Both the position numbers and the translations under genes were made by a program. Shown in pieces: positions 43,927-53,633 of a DNA stretch of 53,633 bases (position 1 is its first letter; every line of letters begins with the position of its first letter). Where the stretch lies: positions 62,001 through 115,633 of the forward strand of contig CAUYUJ010000306.1 in NCBI GenBank assembly GCA_963575745.1. Reading direction: 5' to 3'. The notes under the pieces were generated by a model, which was not told the origin of the DNA, searched no databases, and worked only from the letters and a program-made list of their open reading frames with translations. Source of the stretch: Prorocentrum cordatum. Taxonomy: Eukaryota.

Positions 43927-45578
43927 CCACGGGCCTGCCTGCCTCCCGCTCTCCCTCACTCCCTCTCTCTCCCTCCCTCCCTATCCTCCCTCTCCTTCTC
44001 CTCCTCCTGCTCCTCCTCCTCCTCCTCCTCCTCCTCCTCCTTCTCTTCCTCCTCCTCTTCCTCCTCCTCCTACCCTCAGGCCCCCAAAAGCGCTGAATAT
44101 CACACCTTGTGTGCCGATACCAGGTTGATTGCTGCAGCTTCCACGGCCCACTGTCGTTGCCAAAACGTGGTCAGGTTTGCTGATGTGCCGATGCCTTGGA
44201 TGAAGAAGGCTAGCCATAAGCGTATGCATGCGGGCTGCGCTGGGCTCATTCGTACCAGCTTGCCCTCTATGTGAATGGGCAAAGTGAAAGCTCACCTGCG
44301 TGTTGAACAAGCGATCGACGACCGCGGCCATGTTCTTCGGCTCGGTAATCATGTGTTGGACGCGTCAGCACATCTTGCTGTCTCCACTCACACTACCGCC
44401 GATTCGGCGCATCTAGCGCTGCTGGACCAGCAGATGTCCGTGGCTCGCTCGGTGGGTTTGTCGACGGCGGAACTTCTCCCAGAATGGCCGCCGCTTCCCC
44501 TGGGGGAAGACGTGCTCAGATAGTGCGGAGCGGGCCCCAGGAGGAAGCCTGCCACGCAACACTCGAGTAAGCAGATATCAAACTTCTGGAAGTAACATAC
44601 CTGCTTGGTTGTCTCTCACGGGCCCAGGGCCCCCGAAAAATACGCGGGGTGCGGTCGGTGGAATGGTTTGACCCCAGCCGCCTGGGTCATGTTCGGGGAG
44701 GCCCAAACTGGACCCCTAGGTTATTCGAGGCGCGAGATCATCGGTGGATCGCACCAGAGGTTTCTGAATTGTCTCGTCCGAGTTGCAAAACCAACAGTTG
44801 CCACGATCGGGCCAAGAACCTTTCAGAGCCTTTCGAGACTGCCCCGCAGAGTGCGGGAGTCAAGTCTGCTTGGACTCGTATAGCCCATAGGCATCACCCT
44901 AAGCGTGATGACTTCACGGTCGAGCGCGGGCCGCGGTCTCAGTGATCACGGTTCGGTCAGGCTGCACGGCCCAATGTGTCGTGGTGCAGCCTTGCACACA
45001 TCAGTGATGGATGGCCTGTCGTTGGCGGAAAGATCCTCGCGTTCATCTGGAAACCTCCACGAACCTCTGGAAGCCTCCGAAATCGTCCGAAGTCCTCCAA
45101 GAGTATCCGAACTTCCCTTCTTGCCGCTACTCCTCCACTCCTCCAGCTTATCGTAAGCATTACCACCACCATCATCCGCATGACCCTGTTCTCATCGCAA
45201 GTAACTCATCCTCATCGGCTTCCTCGTCTTCCTCCTCCTCCTCCTCCTCCTCCTCCTCCTCATCATCATCATCATCATCAGCATCATCATCATCATGACC
45301 AGCATCGTCCTCATCATCAGCAGCATCAGCCTCCTCATCATCGTCAACGTCGTCGTCATCTGCGTCGTCGTCATCATCAGCATGCTATTCATCATCAGCA
45401 GCAGTACCATCATCAGCATCGGCATCAGTAGCTTCATAATCATCAGCAGCATCAGCATCAGCATATTCATAATCATCAGCACCATCATCGTAATCATCAG
45501 CATCATCAGTACCCTCATCATTATCATCAGCATCATCAGCCTCATCATCAGCAGTATCATCATCATCCTCATCAAAAC

Positions 45579-45627
<49 letters not shown>

Positions 45628-46310
45628 GTCATCCGCATCAGCTTCATCATCATCATCAGAATCATCATCGTCATACTCCGTACCATCAGCATCAGCACAA
45701 TCAGCAGCAGCAGTATCATCATAACCACAACCAGCATCGTCAACATCATCGGTCTCGTCACCATCATCAGCATCAATATCATCATCGTCGTCGTGAGCGT
45801 CATCGTCATCGTCATCGGCATCGTCGTCATCGTCATCGGCATCGCCATCCTCGTGGTCGTCGTCATCATCGTCATCGTCATCGTCGTCGTCGCCGTCATC
45901 GTCATCGTATCATGGTCATCGTCCACATCGTCATCGCCATGTAACGCTTCCTAACCAGCAGCATCACCACTGTTAACAGAAGCAGCATCCTCACCATCAG
46001 CATTGGCAGCCTCATCCTAAACATCCACCCTCACTGTCATCATCGGTAGTGTCCTATCATCCTCGTCATCACCTTCGTCCTCGACCTCGTGCTCTGCCTG
46101 ATCATGATTATAATCAGCAGCAGCATCAGCATCAGCAGCCGCAGCAGCAGTATCACCCTCATCATCATGATCGTTATCATGCACATCAGCAGCATCATCA
46201 TCAGCATCAGCATCAGCATTAGCATCAGCATTAGCATCAGCATCATCATCATCATCATCATCATTGTAATCATCATCATCCTTATCATCAGAAGCAGCAT
46301 CATCATCACC

Positions 46311-46341
<31 letters not shown>

Positions 46342-46351
46342 GCATCATCAG

Positions 46352-46402
<51 letters not shown>

Positions 46403-49400
46403 ATGTGATCCCCCTCATGCTGCTGATGGCGCCTCGCTGGAGGAGGCAGCAAGGGGCAGGGAAAGAGGCGCCGACAGCGCATCTTGGCGACGCGTCGGGG
46501 GGGCCTCCTCCCGGTTGTGGTGCTGCTGCTCGCAGAAGACGCGCCTGCAGAGAGCGGAGGCAGGATTCCGAGCCGAATTCGGATTCGGAACGCCGCGAAG
46601 CCACATCAATTTCTTCGGAGCAAGACCTCACAAGAAGCGTAAGAGATACTCCTTCCTCTTCTGCTTGATCTGGAGGGGAGGAGGAGGGGAAGGGGAAGGC
46701 AAAGCATAGAAAGAGACCACGTGTACCAAAATCAGCGTTATAATGAATCAACATACGGCTGGCCTTAGGACAGAAGAACATCCTTCAAAAACATGAGACC
46801 CTCCACGGGCCAAACTGAAGAACATTCGAGGGTACCCTGCCCCAGGATGCACAAGAAAATCAAATTAACACGAAGAACATGACGGTGCATTCCCCGAACC
46901 GACCTCAATCGTATACCTCGGTCCGACCGTACGTACATCTGACCAGATCTGCTTAAAAAAACTCACCAGCACCTCACATTTTCAACACACCAAGGATTCG
47001 TTAATATTTTGGTTGGGGTATGATGGGTCCGGGTAGGGATCGGGCAGAGCTCGGGTAAGATTTTGGCGAATGCAAGACACAAGTATGGTAGATGGGAACG
47101 GTTTGTGACGGCGTGTGATTCTGGTACAGCTCGAACTAGATTCTGGTAAGGCTCCAGTCTGTCGTTGGCACGACTATCGTGCTGTTTGTGGTCGGGCTCC
47201 AATGGTATTATGATGATCCCGGCCCCCCTCGACACTCCACCTCAGAAGCTACGAGAAGTGAGGTCACTTGGTCAAAAACTCCAAACAACAAGGAAACTAC
47301 CACTGGCACCCACCACACTGGCCACCAGCCATCTTACCAGTACCTCACCACAGCTCTACCAGGACCCCGCCAACAGCATGTCAGCACCCTGCCAGCCTTC
47401 AGAACGTAACCGTGCAGTTCCACTGCCCTGCTGGCTCTCTAAAATTCTTGGTCGGCGGGACGAAAGCGAACCTCTTCCGCTAACAGCTACGCGGGCTACG
47501 CACAGTTTTAATTAGGGAGACAGGGCATAGGACGGCGGGTACTGGCTTTTTTACAAGCATGGCACGCCAGCAGCATTGCGTGACATCGTTGTGAATGGTC
47601 CAGCTGTCGCGCGTGTGTTTTGCTCCCCGGGGCGTGGCTCCCTGGACGAAGAGAAGAGGCACAGCACCTAGAAATACACACTGTGCAGACGCGGTCCCGC
47701 GTCAAACATGCAAAGCGGCCCTGGGCACTCAGCCACTGGGACCACACCGCCCACTGTTTCCAACGACGCCCTGTCCGCCCGCTTGATGCGGGGTCCACTC
47801 TTGCACCATGCAGAGTACCGCGTTGCGCGATGATGCTTCTCGGATGATCGAATCAACGTTTGGGCAAAACTATCGCTAGGGCACCGCGGAATGTCTTTGT
47901 GAAGCAACCCGTGGCCCACGCATCACATGTCCTGTGCCACTTGCGCTGCGAAGCCCATGGGTGCACGCGGTGCCGAAGTGGATGTGCAGGAGCAGGTGCG
48001 CCGCGGACTGGTACTGGGGACGAAGTCCTGGAGGGTGAAGGAGAAGGTGTTGCCGTCGACGGCGCATCGCGAACACCAGCCTCAAGCGCTGCAGAGGAAG
48101 ACGTGCCACTTGACCAGGTCGACGCCCAGGAAGAAGAGAAGCACCACGAAGGCGATGTGCAACGTTGTGCCACCGGGTGATGCGGAAGAGGCCCGGGGTG
48201 GTAGTCCAATCCACGACCAGGTAGCAGCTTGCTTGAGGAGCGGCCACATACGAGGGGGCCGCTCATGACCGACAGGATGTCGGTGGACTGCAGGGAGAAA
48301 ACCTGCCCTGCACCTCCAGCGCGTGAAAACGGGCAGCAGCCAACCAACAACATACAAACAAACACAACCAAAAAACGACGACGCAGTCGAAAAGCGGGGA
48401 GGAGACGGAAGGATACGCCAAAGGGAGTGGAGGAGGAGCGGGGGAAGGAGCTGGGATCAGGGATGGAGGGAGGGAGCGCAACGGGAGGGACCAGGGACGC
48501 GGGAGCGCAGGGACGGCAGTGCGGGGACAGGGGAGCAGCGCCGCAGGTTCGGCCAGCACCGAACCGAGAAATCGGCTCGGACTGGGATGCGCGTCGATGG
48601 GACCGCATCGGCACGGAGTCGACGTCGAACCAGATCGGCTGCGCCAGGACGCAGAACAACGTCACGCAGGCATCGGGCTGCATCGGATCGCCGGACTGCC
48701 TGGGTCGAATCGGATCGGGCTGGCCAAAAACGCTACCGAATCGGATCGATCGGATCGACTTGGACGCCTGGCAGCGGCGGGAACGCCTGTGCAAGGGGTG
48801 CGACAGGTTCGCGTCGTGACGACCTGCGCACTGGTCTCCGCGATACCGCGCGGATCGCTCGGCCTGGACAGCGATCACGGCTCTCCGACAGCCAGGACCG
48901 TTCGATGTCGCTCGGTTCCGGACGTTCAACCTGGGACTCGCCACGGGGTCGACACGGCGCGAACCTGCCATCAAGGGGACGCATGGCAGAGCGATTCCAC
49001 AACTGGCCGCAGGGGCCTCGAGAGGGCGAGCCAACGACCCGGACCTGCTCAAGAAGGGTCGGCCTCTGGAACTTCTTCCGAATGACTGCTCGGCCTTCGC
49101 TGCTGAAGGAAGAGAACAAGTCCACCCCAGCCCCACTACGGGTAGTGAAACTGTGCGTCAGCACCAGGGACCCATTTGCACTGATATGAGCTGAACTTCT
49201 ACCTCTGTTTCTCCACTGGGCAGCGGTTCGGGCTGCGGGTGGCCTAAAGAACGCCTGAGGAGGGGACTCTCCGCAGCAAACGCCACGGCAGACAGCTACT
49301 TCCTCAGGGCGTCTTCTCGAGTGCAGCCTGGACAAACCCGCGCTGAATGGCAGCACCGACCTCTGGAACGAGCGCTTGCACTCAGGGTCCCGCAGCTCTG

Positions 49401-50271
49401 TCCTCGAACACCCAGCGTCGCGATCTGTGCCGCCCGCGGCTCCGAAGAAGGATGGCGGCCTCGGACTCTTGGCCGCTGTGGCTGGGTGCGCGCTTCCAGA
49501 GAGATCCACAGAGAACCTGGAGGGCGGGGACCCTCCCTGTGTGCGTCTCTGTCTTTTGTGAGGTCCAGCGCCCTTGGTCAGGTTGTCACAATGAGATGAC
49601 ATGTGAACACCGCGGGTGGTGCACTCACTTACTGAGGCTCTTCTGAAGGATTAGTAAGCCGGCCATTAGCCCTTGCAACTCCGTGTCGAAAGCCGATCGC
49701 GCATTCGCATGTATAGGCTAGCAGACTCCGCTCCAAATGGCCGCCTTGCGACATACGGAAAGCAAGCAATTGCACGCCAAACCCTCCACCGACTCCTGGC
49801 ACGCCACACCATCCAACGACTCCTGATAGCCGATTGAATCCCGTTCCAGCGGCGTGACCCATGCCTCTGCAAGATCTGCGGGCGGCCCTTGGATCCAAGA
49901 GCCCTTGCGGCGCGATACCTGGTGGCCCGGTCTCCCGAGGCGCTGGCAGCGCGCTTATACGGCAGCGGCCCCCAGCGCCACTTTGCCCGAAAGTTCCGAG
50001 CTGAGGTAAGCCGAGGCAAGATCGGACGAGGCAAGCCGAGACAAACCCTAGTTCGCGAAGGCAATAATGTTGACTTGTATGGCCTTGCAGCTCTGGTGCA
50101 CTGCATCCCAGCTTCCAAAATTAACTCAAATACGGGACGCGTGCCTCCCTCTGCTCGCAAACCTGCATTCGGATGATCAAACGATGAGTTTGCGACGCGA
50201 AACAAGAATGGGACAAAGAACATACGCAGGTGATAGAACGGCTAGATCAGTAGAGCTGGTTGGAGTTTGTC

Positions 50272-51218
50272 CTAATCGGCCTGACGGTCAAGGGGTCCAG
50301 CATCTGCTGCTCGTACTCTGTCCTCTGGAGCTTCTGCCAGAGCATCTCCAAACCACGTTCCAAGCTTTTGTAGGTCACTGCGGGAGAGCTCAGATCGCAA
50401 ATGCGGTCGTAAATTCGCAGCCAAACGGTCCACTAGGAAAGCTACACGGGTGACCAGCGGCAAAGAATAGAAATTGTCCCAACCTTTGAAACGGATTCGA
50501 TCTGCCACCATGTCTATTTCAAAAGGGGTCTCCTCAATAGTGAGCAGCTGCCACAAGAGCACACCCACGCTGTACACGTCGCTGAGTCCGGGCAGGAGCA
50601 GCCCGCGTAGTACCTCTGGCGGTGCTGCTGCCAGGTTGCCTGGGAAAAGATCAGGATCGCACCACTCCGAGTACACATTGATATGGCGCGGCCGCTCGAT
50701 GTCGCTGATCATGCGAGCCACCGACAAAGGATAACTGTACCGCTCTGCCGGAGGAAACCGCGGGTGGTGCACGTATCGCATCCGCAGCCGCTCGAGCCGC
50801 GCGCAGTGGCCGGCCGCGGCACTCCTGGCGGGCCACTCCTCCAGGACCAGGGAGTTCCCAAAATCGATGAGGCGAGCGCGACCCGACCCGTCCAACGCGC
50901 AGTTGGCCAGCGAAATGTCCGCATGGACGATACCCAGTGGCCGCAAGTACGCGACCGCCTTGCGCATCTGATCTGCCATGGCTACGCACTGCGCAACGCG
51001 GAACTCGGCGGCAGGGAAGCTGTCCATCGTGGCTCCAGCGTACTCTTGGACCAACGCCCTCAACAGGCGCCCTCTCACCAAGGCTTTTGATGATGCCCAG
51101 CTGTCGTCCACGCTCGGCGCAGCGGAAAGCAGTTGAATCACATGGTGACGGCCCTCGTGCACGGGGCCTTGATGGAGGCGAAGTAGCGCCCTGCTTTCTC
51201 TGGAGAACTGCGCCTCGA
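50272..51218 (-). CDS. Exon: protein kinase subdomains III-XI
   Basis: FSRESRAL, HHVIQLL, IVHADISLAN, LIDFG, APPE, SDVYSVGVLLWQL, PEDR. The 5' boundary is inferred. Confidence 0.85.
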
Positions 51219-51292
51219 CTTCATCGAAGCATCTGGAACCAAAGAGACACCGGACCATGGGGTCTGGTTCATCCGCCGCCCCATGTGATTCA

Positions 51293-51446
51293 TAGGGGGC
51301 CACATGCGAACCCTACCCCTACCCCCCACGATTTCTGAGGGGGAGGGTGGGGCTCACTTCGTTCGGGAGCTCCCGAGCGGAGTGAACCCCACCCTCCCCC
51401 TCAGAAATCGTGGGGGGTAGGGGTAGGGTTCGCATGTGGCCCCCTA
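51293..51446. mobile_element. 154-bp palindromic MITE (family 1) with 5-bp TSD ATTCA
   Basis: Same element; ATTCA at 51288-51292 and 51447-51451. Confidence 0.92.
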
Positions 51447-51601
51447 ATTCACCACAGGTGGCTCAGGCGTGCGGGAAGATGTGCAAGTTGGTCCTCCGCG
51501 GTTTCGTCTCCGAGGCCTCCTGCCGCCGCCCCGCCACCTACGAGGTGTAAGGCTGTGAGGGGACGCCCCCCGAATTTCCCGTGGGGATTAAAAGGGGTAT
51601 A

Positions 51602-51762
51602 CAGGGCAGTTATAATACATAAGATTAAAAAAAATGAGATGTTTAATGCATGGTTGGTTTATGAATACATGTGTGCATGAACTCAGCGTTGTTTTTAATA
51701 CTAAATCCCTGCATTTTTAATACATGATCCGCACGCGGAGCATGTATGGAAAAACGGCACTG
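51602..51762. mobile_element. AT-rich MITE family 2, second copy
   Basis: TA|CAGGGCAGTT...AAAAACGGCACTG|TA; shared core gcatgaactca.cgttgtttttaatact.aatccctgcatttt. Confidence 0.8.
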
Positions 51763-52549
51763 TATGGTGTTGGTGGCTCTGCTAAAGGTGGGAGTGGGGG
51801 GGGGCCTCTTCCGCATTCCCGTGGGGGGCAAGGGGGTGATCGTACTGTGGAATTCCCAGGCGGGGCGGAGAAGGTGCACGGTTCTAGGCTGACACGTGCT
51901 GCAAAAAACACTACTACTCAATCACTTGCTGTTCTTCGAGGACTTAACTAGATGGCCCCGAATGACGTATTATGGCAGTGAAGATTGTCCAAAGTAGCCC
52001 AGTGCCACCCTCCGAGACAGTCCAGAAATATTCGCTCTCTCAAAAAAAGGCACAGCCTGGCATGCCAGAATGTCCCAGGAGTGCCCCGAAGAAGCTAAGC
52101 ATACTTGAAAAGCATGTGAGTGTTTGCGAGGTTTTGAACGTCAAGTTCTCCTGCACTGATGGTTCCAGAAGCGTTCTGGCCAGGCGAAACATTGTCCAAG
52201 AGGGCCTTCAAGAAGCATCCAGAATGGCCCAAGATGCTACCCAAGGCCTCCAAGCTGGCCCGACTTGGTCCAAGATTGCTCCTTGACGTTCTAAGATGGC
52301 CCACCATTCCCCAAGACGGCCACCAAATCCTCCAACACAGCAGAATTTGGCCCAGTATGACCGCCAATATCGCCCTTGGTGCACCAAGATTGCCTCGGAT
52401 TGTCCTAGATGGGCCAAGCTTGCCTGGTTAGCTTAGGGTGGCATAAAGAAGCATTACTTCTCAAAAACTTCCCCATCATATAGACATGACTGTCGTCCAC
52501 TTGGGCCTCCTACGAGGGCAGAGGGCGGCGGTGATTCGCCGGACGCGTC

Positions 52550-53531
52550 CTTGATCGAATATCTTTAAGACGGCACGATTCTCACCGTGGCATGTCGACT
52601 GCAGCTCCCAGGCGGTTGCGTACGAGCCACGCCCCAGCTCTCGCACCACCCGCCAGCTGCTTGGCAGCACACCTGGTCCCAAAGACACGCCGAGCGTTAG
52701 ATGCAATCCTTCGAGGGCTCTGGCGCGAGGAGGGCCTTGGACCTCTACTTCAACTCCTGCACCGGTCGGAGTCGTCGGGCGTGTTGGGCGTTGCTGGCTG
52801 CACGAGGAAGCTGTGCAGGTTGCTGCAGCCGCTGGTGAAATTCTTGAGCTCGAGAATGCTGCCGAAGTGGCTAGAGGCAAACTGCTCACGGATCGCCGCG
52901 GGCATGTTAAGGGAACCGTGCTCTCCAGCATGCTTACTGGGTAGGTCGTCACGGCACGAGCCCCTGAAAAAGGCCGGCTGGGCAAGGGTCTCCAAGCGGA
53001 GCCTGCGCCGCCGACCCCGCGTGTCACACCCGAGGCGAACGCCTGAGAAGCAGTAGCGGATTTGATCACGGTCTCGTCGTCGAAATTCCCCAGCACACCT
53101 CCAGGAGATGCGGCAGACCACTCCTCCACTTGGGCGACCACGACAGCAACATCGTCAAGCTTTCCGCCCACAATGCTATCTGGACTGCTCGCGTGTTCAC
53201 TGACAGCATGCCAGATGATGTCCGAATCTCTCGCCGCCGCAGCTGCAACAGTCACAAGTGTCTTGGCGAGTCTGGCAACAGCCTGAGGCCCCTTTGCAGC
53301 TGACCCTGTCTCATAATGGTCTAACGCAATCTTCGCAATTGAAGGCAGCGAAACATTATCGAAAAGACCGTCACTGCCTGCAATTAGTAGGTCTCCACGT
53401 TGAAGCCGGACTGTCACGAAATCGAGCATCGATAGGTCTTCGCCTTCCTCGTCCTCAGAGCTGATCTGCGCAGGTAAATTAGCGCGGTGTCTGATGGAAG
53501 TTGTTCTGTAAAGCTGCCGCATCACCGTCAT
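52550..53531 (-). CDS. Exon(s): C-terminal half of a PP2C (PTC7-like) phosphatase, S/T/P linker, kinase subdomains I-II
   Basis: LQRGDLLIAGSDGLFDNV, GGKLDDVAVVV, then ELGRGSYATAW..AVLKIF in one frame. The 5' boundary is unknown. Confidence 0.78.
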
Positions 53532-53633
53532 GGTCTGCCCGCCTCACGGATCCTAAAACCTGCTACCTTACTAGCTTTACCTCTATCCTCCCTGCCCCCC
53601 TACAGGACGAAGCGCGGAACAGGAGTGAAGAAG

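Noticed and set aside
43981..44900. Possible RNase H-like relic (SFHFAHSHRGQAGTNE) on the minus strand
   Set aside because: One weak motif with no supporting catalytic residues in frame.
47690..49200. Cys/His-containing short ORFs and a GATCG-rich patch
   Set aside because: No coherent motif set; probably decayed element or low-complexity sequence.

Overview
GC-rich, microsatellite-dense eukaryotic DNA, most likely dinoflagellate (inferred from spliced-leader-like relicts, DNMT-bearing retroelement and repeat style). Most long ORFs in the track are artefacts of (GGA)n/(CAT)n/(GAC)n/(CA)n repeats. The main object is a 15.5-kb minus-strand tyrosine-recombinase (YR) retrotransposon at 8255-23716 with Ngaro/PAT-type split direct repeats (A1-ORFs-B1-A2-B2). 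It has no target-site duplication (TSD) and sits in a host repeat whose empty paralog is also in the window. Its coding order is unusually rich: membrane/Zn-rich ORF1, gag-like region with CCCH finger, candidate OTU/papain-like cysteine protease, C5-DNA methyltransferase, RT, RNase H, a second degenerate C5-MTase, YR, then an extra dsRBD-like/RRM/ZZ-like/RS ORF. Frameshifts break this copy. The window also holds a decayed LINE (about 37984-42660) with tandem spliced-leader-like relicts at its 5' end, a fully palindromic 154-bp MITE family with 5-bp TSDs, a second TA-flanked MITE family, satellite-like arrays, and a probable host PP2C-phosphatase/protein-kinase fusion gene at the right end. All domain calls come from motifs read by eye; no database search was run.
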